A stretch of 32,000 nt of DNA from Geotalea daltonii FRC-32 (GCF_000022265.1 NC_011979.1:4272502-4304501); one strand, 5' to 3'; positions 17,332-25,561 are shown, counted from the stretch's first letter. Made by a program: numbers and translations. Notes: a model not told the origin generated them from the letters alone.

Positions 17332-18732
17332 CTAAGAGCTGGAAAAGGAAGCATCATTAAAAAGAAGCTTCTTTTTCTTCAGCTTCTCGATGAGCGTAGT
17401 CCGTTTCAGGTTCAGAAGGTTCGCAGCTTCCTTCTTGTTCCCCCCGGTTTTCTCCAGCGCCTGCAAGATCAGCCGGTTTTCGAAATCTTCCACTGCACTG
17501 TTCAGGCAGAAACCGCTGTCGGGAAGGGTCAATTGTTCTGACTTTCCTGCAGATTTGATGCCACGGTATTTTTCCGGCAGATCGTTGAAAAGGATGGTGC
17601 CGCTGCCTTTTATTATAACCATGCGCTCCACAAGGTTTTCCAACTCCCTGACATTTCCCGGCCAGTCGTAATTACACAAGATATCCATGGTACTTTTGTC
17701 AAAAGATTGAACCTTACGCTGTTTATTCTTGTTGAACTTTTCGAGGAAATTGTTGATCAGCAACGGGACATCGGATTTTCGCTCTCTGAGCGGAGGCAGC
17801 ATTATGGGAATGACAGACAGCCGGTAATAGAGGTCTTCCCGGAATATCTTAGAGGCTACAAGGTGCTCAAGGTTCTGATTGGTGGCAGCAATGATGCGTA
17901 CATCCACTTTTTTTGTTCTGGCAGCACCGACCGGCTCCAATTCCTTGTTCTGCAGTACCCGCAACAGCTTTACCTGCAGGTTAGGTTTCATGTCCCCGAT
18001 CTCGTCAAGAAACAGTGTTCCCCGGTCGGCCATCTCGAATCGGCCGATGCGTGTCGCTACTGCCCCGGTAAAAGAACCCTTCACATGGCCAAAAAGTTCA
18101 CTCTCCAGCAAGTCATCGGGTATGGCAGCACAGTTGACCGGCACGAAATTTTTGGTCGCCCTGTTGCTTAAATCGTGGATGGCCTTTGCCACAAGTTCTT
18201 TGCCGGTGCCTGATTCACCTTGAATTAGGACGGTAGAGTCAGACCCGGCAACTTTTTCGATCATTTCGAAGAGGGAGAGCATTTTTTCACTCTCTCCGAT
18301 GATGTGATTCAACAGCGAGCGGTTCTTGATACAAGGCTTGGCCTTGAAACTCTGACGTTGCAGCGTCTGGTGCTCAAGCCCCCTTTTTACATGAGTTTCC
18401 AGCTCTTCAAGGTTAAACGGTTTTTCCAGAAAGAAAAAAGCCCCTGCCTTGAGAAGATTCGCCGTCATCTCATAATTGGCAAAGGCGCTGTATGCGATGG
18501 TCACTATCTCCGGTCGCATTGCTTTCAGTTTTTTGATGAATTCCAGGCCGTTTATACGCGGCATCATGATGTCGGTGATAACCATCTGCACATCGTTGAG
18601 TTCTATTTTCTCCAGGGCATCTTGGCCATCGCCTGCCTGGAACACCTGGTAGCCCTTATAACTGAGAAAGGCTGCAACGAAATCCCGGGTCTTCTTGTCA
18701 TCATCCGCTATGAGTATTCTGGCACTTTCCAT
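17332..18732 (-). CDS. Sigma-54-dependent response regulator (REC - AAA+ - Fis-type HTH; NtrC family)
   Basis: REC domain: ILIADDD ... VITDIMMP acceptor Asp. AAA+ domain: GESGTGKE, GSFTGA (GAFTGA variant, the sigma-54 contact loop), LFLDEIG, R-finger region. C-terminal HTH: GGNKKEAANLLNLKRTTL. Confidence 0.95.
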   Translation of the reverse strand: MESARILIADDDKKTRDFVAAFLSYKGYQVFQAGDGQDALEKIELNDVQMVITDIMMPRINGLEFIKKLKAMRPEIVTIAYSAFANYEMTANLLKAGAFFFLEKPFNLEELETHVKRGLEHQTLQRQSFKAKPCIKNRSLLNHIIGESEKMLSLFEMIEKVAGSDSTVLIQGESGTGKELVAKAIHDLSNRATKNFVPVNCAAIPDDLLESELFGHVKGSFTGAVATRIGRFEMADRGTLFLDEIGDMKPNLQVKLLRVLQNKELEPVGAARTKKVDVRIIAATNQNLEHLVASKIFREDLYYRLSVIPIMLPPLRERKSDVPLLINNFLEKFNKNKQRKVQSFDKSTMDILCNYDWPGNVRELENLVERMVIIKGSGTILFNDLPEKYRGIKSAGKSEQLTLPDSGFCLNSAVEDFENRLILQALEKTGGNKKEAANLLNLKRTTLIEKLKKKKLLFNDASFSSS

Positions 18733-18802
18733 TTTTTCCCCATTCGTTCAGGTAAGATGGTGATGAAAGTTTTGACCGCCCCTCTTGCATCGGGCAAAAA
18801 AC

Positions 18803-18831
18803 ATTATAGTCAACCACTGGTACAATGTCAA
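18803..18831 (-). promoter_or_regulatory. Perfect consensus sigma-70 promoter (TTGACA-17 nt-TATAAT) for the EBP-SLT operon
   Basis: The minus strand reads TTGACA (18831-18826), ttgtaccagtggttgac, TATAAT (18808-18803). This is about 70 nt upstream of the EBP ATG. Confidence 0.6.
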
Positions 18832-18932
18832 TAAAATGACTTGGCTTATTTTACCATTGTTGATCGGGTTTTCCGTACATGGGAACCGATGGGAGATATT
18901 TCACCCTTCATGGAGCAGCACAGAAAAAACGC

Positions 18933-18960
18933 TAAACCAATGGCCATCTTCTACCGATTA
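18933..18960 (+). promoter_or_regulatory. Weak candidate sigma-28 (FliA)-type promoter upstream of cheW
   Basis: TAAA (18933-18936), 16 nt, then ACCGATTA (18953-18960), compared with the consensus TAAA-N15-GCCGATAA (6/8 in the -10 element, spacer one nt long). It lies 60 nt upstream of the cheW ATG. Confidence 0.3.
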
Positions 18961-19019
18961 GGGTAGGAAGGAGCTTATCAGTTCCTTTCGTTTCTTAACC
19001 GATTATCAGGAGGACCTCG

Positions 19020-19517
19020 ATGGAAAATGCGTTGCAGGTTAGGAATGAATCTGTAACAGGTGAACTGATCCAGCTTGTCAGCTTCTGTCTTGACCATGAA
19101 GAATACGGCGTCAATGTCTTGAAAGTCCGCGAAATCATCCGCCTGCTGAACATTACACGGGTGCCCAACGCCCCTTCATACGTCGATGGTGTTATTAACC
19201 TGCGTGGAAAGGTTATTCCCATAATTTCCCTGCGCAAAAAATTCAACCTCCCCGATGCGGAAATCGACAAAAGGACTCGTATCATGGTCATTGAATCAGG
19301 GAGCGAAATGATGGGTTTTATCGTGGATGAGGTTTCAGAGGTAATAAGAATCTCTGCCCACGATATCCAGCCGCCTCCGCCGGTCGCCAACAGCACTATC
19401 GACCTGGACTGCATGTCTGGGGTCGTAAACCAGGCTGAACGTCTGTTGGTGCTGCTGGACCTGGAAAAGATGTGCACCCATGAAGATAATATGCTGTTCA
19501 GCAATGCCATGAATTGA
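19020..19517 (+). CDS. cheW: Chemotaxis coupling protein CheW
   Basis: Single CheW domain: LVSFCLDHEEYGVNVLKVREI...VINLRGKVIPIISLRKKF...GFIVDEVSEV. SD AGGAGGA. Confidence 0.95.
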   Translation: MENALQVRNESVTGELIQLVSFCLDHEEYGVNVLKVREIIRLLNITRVPNAPSYVDGVINLRGKVIPIISLRKKFNLPDAEIDKRTRIMVIESGSEMMGFIVDEVSEVIRISAHDIQPPPPVANSTIDLDCMSGVVNQAERLLVLLDLEKMCTHEDNMLFSNAMN

Positions 19518-19530
19518 TCGGGAGCGGAAA

Positions 19531-21327
19531 ATGCCTATTGATTGCGAAGACCAGGAATTGCTCGATGGCTTTCTTACCGAAAGCACAGAACTGTTGGAAA
19601 AGCTCGATGACGATCTCGTCACCCTTGAAAAATCTCCTTCCGACACCGATCTTTTGAACAGGATTTTCCGCTCCATTCATACGGTTAAAGGGGCATCTAG
19701 TTTTCTCGGTTTTGACTTGCTGGTCAAAGTAACACATAAAACCGAAGACGTCCTGAATCGGTTGCGTAAAACCGAACTTTCCGTAAATCCGGAGATAATG
19801 GATGTCATTCTTGAGGCTGTCGATCTTGTAAAGGTGCTCCTCAATGATATCAAGGGGGGGGAAATTCAAGAGAGGGATATCGATACTACCATTGCCAAAC
19901 TGCTTCCTTACCTTTCCGAAACAGCAGCGGGCTCGATACTCCCTTCGCCGGATCCGGTGGCTTCTTCTTGCAACACGACCCCTACAGCTTGGGATGAGCC
20001 ACCTGTCTCGGCGACAGACGAAGACGATCCTTCAATCAACCAGTCGGCCAAGGAACAAGTAGCTGTTGAACAAGCCTGTAGTCCAGCTGTCATCACCCCA
20101 CCTTCGCAAAAGCCTGTCCCTGCAAAAACCGAGGAACTTGCAGATAGTGCCACCGTGCGGGTTGATGTCAAAAGGCTGGACGATCTGATGAACCAGGTCG
20201 GCGAGCTGGTGCTGGAACGCAACCGTATGGTGCAGCTCTATAGCGATTTTCAGGAAGGCCTCGATCCAACCGGCTTCAGCGACGAGTTCGGCAAATTGAC
20301 CAAACGGCTTAATTTCGTTACTTCGGAATTGCAGATGCAGGTTCTGAAAATGCGCATGATTCCTGTGGAAAAGGTTTTCAAGAAATTTCCAAGGATAGTT
20401 CGCAATCTTGCCAGAGAGCTTGGCAAAGAGGTTGAGCTTCTGATCTTTGGCGAGGAAACCGAGCTTGATCGTTCCGTGGTCGATGAAATCGGCGACCCGT
20501 TGATCCATCTGATCAGAAACGCCTTGGACCATGGACTGGAAACGCCGGAGGAGCGCACAGCTGCCGGCAAACCGGCAAAAGGCACCGTAGTCCTCTCTGC
20601 TACCCACGAAGGGAATCAGATCGTCATCAGCATCAAGGACAATGGCCGTGGTATAAATCCGGACAAGGTTGCAAGGAAGGCCCTTGAAAAAGGCCTTGTT
20701 ACAGATGAGCAGCTGGCGGCTATGGGCACCAGGGAAATTCTCGATCTCATCTTTCTTCCTGGATTTTCCACGAAAGAACAGACCACCGATCTCTCCGGCA
20801 GGGGGGTAGGCATGGATGTTGTGCGCACCAACATCAGAAAATTGAACGGCATCATTGAAATTAAAAACGAAGTGGGACAGGGATCGGAATTCATTCTCCG
20901 GCTGCCCCTTACCCTTGCCATAATTCAGTCCCTCCTGGTGCAAGTGGAAAGTGAGATATATTCCATACCCCTTTCTGCGGTTATCGAGACTATCAAGGTT
21001 CAACAGAGCGTCTTTCACCAGGTTGGGGGCCAGGAAGTTCTTAAATTGCGGGACTCGGTGTTGCCACTGGTTCGTCTGCACCGGCTCTTTGGTTGCCAGG
21101 GGGAATCCCTGAGCAGAGACACCTGTTATGTGGTTGTCGTGGGAGTTGCCGAAAAAAGAGTAGGACTGGTGGTCAGCAGGCTTATGGGCCAACAGGAAGT
21201 GGCGATAAAATCCCTCGGCAGCTTCCTGGCAAACCTTCCGGCCATTGCCGGCTCTACCATTCTCGGCGACGGCAGTGTGGCTCTTATCGTGGATCCTCTG
21301 GCATTCGTTCAACACGGTGACAATTAA
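19531..21327 (+). CDS. cheA: Chemotaxis histidine kinase CheA (P1-linker-P3-P4-P5; no recognisable P2, no C-terminal REC)
   Basis: Hpt site SIHTVKGAS, N box HLIRNALDHGLE, G1 DNGRGI, F box FLPGFST, G2 GRGVGMDVV, and a C-terminal CheW-like P5. A Pro/Ser/Thr/Ala-rich linker of about 90 aa occupies the P2 position. Confidence 0.95.
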   Translation: MPIDCEDQELLDGFLTESTELLEKLDDDLVTLEKSPSDTDLLNRIFRSIHTVKGASSFLGFDLLVKVTHKTEDVLNRLRKTELSVNPEIMDVILEAVDLVKVLLNDIKGGEIQERDIDTTIAKLLPYLSETAAGSILPSPDPVASSCNTTPTAWDEPPVSATDEDDPSINQSAKEQVAVEQACSPAVITPPSQKPVPAKTEELADSATVRVDVKRLDDLMNQVGELVLERNRMVQLYSDFQEGLDPTGFSDEFGKLTKRLNFVTSELQMQVLKMRMIPVEKVFKKFPRIVRNLARELGKEVELLIFGEETELDRSVVDEIGDPLIHLIRNALDHGLETPEERTAAGKPAKGTVVLSATHEGNQIVISIKDNGRGINPDKVARKALEKGLVTDEQLAAMGTREILDLIFLPGFSTKEQTTDLSGRGVGMDVVRTNIRKLNGIIEIKNEVGQGSEFILRLPLTLAIIQSLLVQVESEIYSIPLSAVIETIKVQQSVFHQVGGQEVLKLRDSVLPLVRLHRLFGCQGESLSRDTCYVVVVGVAEKRVGLVVSRLMGQQEVAIKSLGSFLANLPAIAGSTILGDGSVALIVDPLAFVQHGDN

Positions 21328-21357
21328 TAACTCAAACGCATTTCGAGCAGGCATTTT

Positions 21358-22230
21358 ATGGAACCCACGTTTTTCCCCGAACTTAAAGCTCCCAATGCAA
21401 AGATCTCCGATAAGGACTTCGAGATCCTCAGGGATTACATCTATAATCTATGCGGCATATATTTCCATACCAGCAAGAAATACTTTCTTGAGAGCCGTAT
21501 CGGCCGCCGCATGGAAGCAACGAAGGTCAAAAGCCATGCCGAGTACTACCAGTACATAAGAAGCAGTGTTACCGGCAGTTCAGAATTGCGTCATCTTCTG
21601 GATGAGATCACCACCAATGAAACCTGTTTTTTCCGAAATGGCCCACAACTTGCGGCCATGGAAAACAAATTCATACCCGAAATCGTCGAAACCAAATCAA
21701 AGATGGGATTCCGCAAATTGAGAATCTGGAGTGCCGGATCTTCCTCGGGCGAAGAGGCCTATACCCTTGCCATGATCCTGCTTGAAAAGCGGACCTCGTT
21801 ACTCAAGGACTGGATTATCGAGATTGTCGGCACGGATATTAACGAGACCGTCATCGCTCAAGCCAAGGAAGGCATTTATGGCTCGTATTCTGTTCGCAAC
21901 GCCCCTGACTATTATCGCCGTAAATATTTCAGCATGGAGTCGGCTGATCGTTTCATACTCGCCCCGGAAGTCAAGAAAATGGTCAATTTCTCCCTTCTTA
22001 ACCTTTACGATGAGAATAAAATGTTATTCATGAAAAGTTTTGACTTTATTTTCTGCGCAAACGTGCTCATATATTTTGACCTGGCTTCAAAGTCTAAGGT
22101 GGTGCAGCACTTTTACAACAACCTGCAACCCTACGGCTATTTTTTTGTCGGTCAGTCGGAATCGCTGCATGGAGTAAGCGAAAAATTTAAAACAATCCAT
22201 TTTCCCGGCGGATTCGCCTATAACAAATAA
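21358..22230 (+). CDS. cheR: Chemotaxis protein methyltransferase CheR
   Basis: N-terminal helical domain (FEILRDYIYNLCGIYF), TNETCFFRN, and the SAM motif LRIWSAGSSSGEEAYTLAMIL. Confidence 0.95.
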   Translation: MEPTFFPELKAPNAKISDKDFEILRDYIYNLCGIYFHTSKKYFLESRIGRRMEATKVKSHAEYYQYIRSSVTGSSELRHLLDEITTNETCFFRNGPQLAAMENKFIPEIVETKSKMGFRKLRIWSAGSSSGEEAYTLAMILLEKRTSLLKDWIIEIVGTDINETVIAQAKEGIYGSYSVRNAPDYYRRKYFSMESADRFILAPEVKKMVNFSLLNLYDENKMLFMKSFDFIFCANVLIYFDLASKSKVVQHFYNNLQPYGYFFVGQSESLHGVSEKFKTIHFPGGFAYNK

Positions 22231-22240
22231 GGACCTTACT

Positions 22241-23143
22241 ATGTTTGACAACGGCCTGATGGTTAAAGCACAAAACATGGTGGATGCCATCTCCGAGCTG
22301 CCCACCATCCCCCATGTCGCCACCAAAGTCATTGATCTGCTCGACAAGCCGGAGGTCGAACTGGACGAAGTTGCAGACATGATCCTTACCGATCAGGTGC
22401 TTGCTGCACGGGTGATAAAGATCGTCAACTCACCTTTCTACAAGCCGGCCCACGAAATCAGATCCGTGAAACGCGCCTTGATCTACCTGGGTTTCCGTCA
22501 CATCCGGGAGCTGGCATTTACCTGCTCATTTATCGATGTCTTTCAGGGCAAAGACGGTGCTTTCGATATCCGAACCTTCTGGGAGCATTCTTTCGGTGTG
22601 GGCATCGTTGCCAAGATCATTGCCCAGCGGTTCCGCTACCCAGATACCGAGAAGGCCTATCTCGTCGGTATTGTCCACGACATCGGCGAAGTATTTTTAA
22701 GCTACTATAAGCGTACTGACTTCGAGAAACTGCTGGAGTCCATCAAGGGCAAATCACACAGAATGTTTGAGGCTGAAAAGGAATATTTCGGTACCAGCCA
22801 CAGTGAAATCGGACTCTGCATCGCCAGAAAATGGAATTTTCCCCCAGAGTATTGTGAGGTCATAGCCCTCCACCATGCGCCTGAAGATGCAACCATTGAC
22901 CCGACACTCGTTTCCATTGTCAACCTGGCAGATCTTTTTTGTTCCGTGCGTCAACTGGATTATGGCGGCAAGTCTTGGGTAACCTTTAACTTGGCCGATG
23001 AAAAATCCTGGTCAATACTGAAAAATTACGCTCCACATCTTGCCGATTTCGATGTGGAAAGATTCTGTTATGAGCTGGATGACCGGGTACCGGAAATTCA
23101 GGAACTGGTTCAATCAATTTTTCAGGGAGTTGTTGCGGAGTAA
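22241..23143 (+). CDS. HDOD-domain signalling protein embedded in the che operon
   Basis: HDOD N-terminal signature LPTIPHVATKVIDLLDKPEVELDEVADMILTDQVLAARVIKIVNSPFY, plus HDIGEVFL and HHAPED further on. It lies 10 nt after cheR and 2 nt before cheB. Confidence 0.9.
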   Translation: MFDNGLMVKAQNMVDAISELPTIPHVATKVIDLLDKPEVELDEVADMILTDQVLAARVIKIVNSPFYKPAHEIRSVKRALIYLGFRHIRELAFTCSFIDVFQGKDGAFDIRTFWEHSFGVGIVAKIIAQRFRYPDTEKAYLVGIVHDIGEVFLSYYKRTDFEKLLESIKGKSHRMFEAEKEYFGTSHSEIGLCIARKWNFPPEYCEVIALHHAPEDATIDPTLVSIVNLADLFCSVRQLDYGGKSWVTFNLADEKSWSILKNYAPHLADFDVERFCYELDDRVPEIQELVQSIFQGVVAE

Positions 23144-23145
23144 CC

Positions 23146-24213
23146 ATGACCCCAATGCATCAGGGCAGATTGAAAGTTCTGGTCGTCGATGATTCTTGCT
23201 TCATGAGAATGGCGATCCGCGGCATTCTGGCCAAAGACCCACAGATAGAAATAGTCGGCATTGCCGCCGATGGAATCGAAGGCATTGAAAAAGCTATCGA
23301 ACTGCGTCCGGATATCATTACGATGGATGTGGAAATGCCGCGCATGGACGGGATTGCTGCCCTCAAGCAGATCATGGCCAAGGCTCCCACTCGGGTCCTG
23401 ATGGTTTCAACCCTTACCTGTGAAGGAGCAAAAGCCACCTTTGAAGCGCTGGAAGCAGGTGCAATCGACTATATACCAAAAAATATCAGCGACTCCTCTG
23501 AAGCCCAGAAGGTCTTCCGCGAGGAACTGCTGAACAAGGTCAAACAAGCCGGCAGCTCACTCGTTCAATTCGGCACCAGTGTCAAACGCAGCATTGTCCC
23601 CTCCCCTGCCGCCATTACCAAATCCAGATTTTCTAAACGAGTGAACTGCGTCGGCATCGGCGCCTCAACTGGTGGTCCAGTTGCCCTCCAGGAAGTGCTT
23701 TCCCGCATACCGGCAAACTTTCCTTTTGGCATTATGGTGGCAATCCACATGCCCAAGGCGTTTACCGGCCCCTACGCCGAACGTCTGAATGCCAAATGTT
23801 CACTGGAAATACATGAAGCCAAGGATGGCGATATTCTGCGGCCGGGACTCGTTCTCATTGCTCCCGGAGGACGGCATACATCAATAATCAGGCAAGGAGC
23901 CGGCCTGACTGTAAAGACCGATCCTACCACCCTTTTCCCCCAATACCTTTATATTCCCTCTGTGGATCAGATGATGCACAGCCTTGCCGAGGCCAGCAAC
24001 GGCTCGATGCTCGGTGTGGTGCTCACCGGCATGGGTAGCGACGGGTTCAAGGGGATGCAGTTTTTAAAAACCAGGGGGGGGGTTACACTGGTGCAGGATG
24101 AAGCGACCTCAACCATCTATGGGATGCCCAAAGCCTGTATCGATGGGGGTGTTGCCGACGAGGTTCTGCCTCTGGAGCAGATAGGATTTGAAATAGCGAG
24201 GATTGCCGGCTGA
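23146..24213 (+). CDS. cheB: Chemotaxis response regulator protein-glutamate methylesterase CheB (REC + esterase)
   Basis: REC domain: VLVVDDS...IITMDVEMPRMDG. Esterase catalytic motifs: GASTGGP, HMP, GMGSDG. Confidence 0.95.
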   Translation: MTPMHQGRLKVLVVDDSCFMRMAIRGILAKDPQIEIVGIAADGIEGIEKAIELRPDIITMDVEMPRMDGIAALKQIMAKAPTRVLMVSTLTCEGAKATFEALEAGAIDYIPKNISDSSEAQKVFREELLNKVKQAGSSLVQFGTSVKRSIVPSPAAITKSRFSKRVNCVGIGASTGGPVALQEVLSRIPANFPFGIMVAIHMPKAFTGPYAERLNAKCSLEIHEAKDGDILRPGLVLIAPGGRHTSIIRQGAGLTVKTDPTTLFPQYLYIPSVDQMMHSLAEASNGSMLGVVLTGMGSDGFKGMQFLKTRGGVTLVQDEATSTIYGMPKACIDGGVADEVLPLEQIGFEIARIAG

Positions 24214-24215
24214 TC

Positions 24216-24533
24216 TTATCTCTCGGCACTCAAATAGATGCCTTCTCTTGTTGCCTGTGCCCGGCACAGGGAAAACCCCTGCCGTTTCAACCGAAAGAGC
24301 AGAAAAGGCGCCGCCGGAGCCAGACAATCTTTGAAAAATAGCCGCAGCTGCTGCTTGTCGTTCACAACCGTCCGGAAATCATTAAGATGCGACAACTGCG
24401 TTTCCGGCACGGAAATAAACTCGCCCCCCACAGCCGGCAAAGCCCTGGAGAATACCAATTCCAACGGAATCTCGCGCTTCTTGCCCGGCAGTAAAGTCAT
24501 GGCAATTACTCTGGCCGTGATCATCCACTTCAT
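24216..24533 (-). CDS. Hypothetical protein (105 aa), no recognisable family
   Basis: This frame translates to a protein-like sequence, unlike the opposite-strand ORF, which is Arg/Ser/Cys-rich. It lies 40 nt downstream of the lipoprotein gene on the same strand. The SD is weak, and its stop is only 2 nt from the convergent cheB stop. Coding status is uncertain. Confidence 0.45.
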   Translation of the reverse strand: MKWMITARVIAMTLLPGKKREIPLELVFSRALPAVGGEFISVPETQLSHLNDFRTVVNDKQQLRLFFKDCLAPAAPFLLFRLKRQGFSLCRAQATREGIYLSAER

Positions 24534-24573
24534 GTTTGTTTATCTTTTTCTCTGAACTCAGTTTTACATCCAG

Positions 24574-25320
24574 TTATTTTTTGCCTTGCTGTCCGCTGAA
24601 GGAGAGAACAACTGTCCTTTCAATACCACTTTCCGGCTGGCGCAAGCGCAGACGTAATTCTTTGGCTGTCTCAGCCTCTCCCGGAAAGAAGATGAAGCCG
24701 TTGGCCAGATACTCTTCAGGAATTACCTTTCCCTCAAGGCTCTTGGCACGGATATCATCCATGATGCGACGCCCCCTTTCCGGAGAACTTCCTTCACCGG
24801 CCCCGCCGATAACCGCTCCTCCTGCTGTCCCGAGGGCTCCGGTTCGCAAAGCGGCCTCACCCACACTCCTGCCGCTGACAATGCCCAAAGCGGCACCAAG
24901 GACAGTTCCTGCAGCAGCACCCAGTACCGCCCCTTTACCTGCCCCTTTACCGAAATATGAGGCAAGTTGAGTGGAGCTTTCCAGACGGGAGATGGCCACA
25001 TTGGTCGGAATTATCCTCCAGTAGCCATTTTTCCCATCAACCAGAAACGTCTGATCAGCCACTATTTCCGCACTTTTGCCGCTCTTGTTGTCCAGCACCA
25101 ACTGCACAGGAAGAAGGCCGGTTCCCTTCACATCGAAGCCAAAGGCATCCTCTGCGGCATCGCTATCCGCATATGCTTCTCCGCCGACCATTATCCCATC
25201 CATTTGCTGGAAATTGGCATAAGCCTCAGGTGGTCTGAATGCCGCATATTGAGTCTTATACCTGGTACAGCCACTGACCGATATTATGAGTATAATCAGG
25301 AAAATCCAAAATTGCTTCAT
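24574..25320 (-). CDS. Lipoprotein with a central glycine-zipper segment (248 aa)
   Basis: Start at the ATG at 25320, 6 nt after AGGAGG. Lipobox LIISVSG|C. Gly-zipper stretch GKGAGKGAVLGAAAGTVLGAALGIVSG...GALGTAGGAVIGGAGEG, flanked by beta-rich domains. Confidence 0.75.
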   Translation of the reverse strand: MKQFWIFLIILIISVSGCTRYKTQYAAFRPPEAYANFQQMDGIMVGGEAYADSDAAEDAFGFDVKGTGLLPVQLVLDNKSGKSAEIVADQTFLVDGKNGYWRIIPTNVAISRLESSTQLASYFGKGAGKGAVLGAAAGTVLGAALGIVSGRSVGEAALRTGALGTAGGAVIGGAGEGSSPERGRRIMDDIRAKSLEGKVIPEEYLANGFIFFPGEAETAKELRLRLRQPESGIERTVVLSFSGQQGKK

Positions 25321-25507
25321 CGATTTCCTCCTGAGATACTGCAACTGGAATGCTTATTATACTTATAACAGCGGACAGCTGATGTGCAACCTACCTTTCT
25401 TCAGCATCCTCTGCCAAGTATCCGATTTTCCTGTTAAAATTCAAAGCTTGCAAAAACGCCCTGTAAGGGCATTTCTCCCCCTGGTCCAGGGCTTAGGCTG
25501 TTCCAGA

Positions 25508-25556
25508 AGACAAAATAGCCAGGATGACGATTTTGAAAGAAATCGCCATCCTGGCT
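25508..25556 (-). terminator. Rho-independent terminator of the rpmH...rsmG operon (17-bp stem)
   Basis: AGCCAGGATG(A/G)CGATTT...AAATCG(C/T)CATCCTGGCT. The single mismatch on the plus strand becomes a G-U pair in the minus-strand RNA. The stem begins 5 nt after the rsmG stop and is followed on the minus strand by AUUUUGUCUUCU. A second small hairpin plus GTTTTTG lies at about 25452-25470. Confidence 0.75.
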
Positions 25557-25561
25557 GCCAT

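Noticed and set aside
20032-21354. A 440-aa ORF on the minus strand, opposite cheA.
   Set aside because: Antisense to a complete CheA with all kinase boxes. The sequence has no domain signatures. Long antisense open frames of this kind are typical in GC-biased coding regions.
24238-24555. A 105-aa plus-strand ORF overlapping the minus-strand hypothetical gene.
   Set aside because: The translation is Arg/Ser/Cys/Asn-rich and not protein-like. It would start inside the 3' flank of cheB with no RBS. The minus-strand frame is the more credible of the two.
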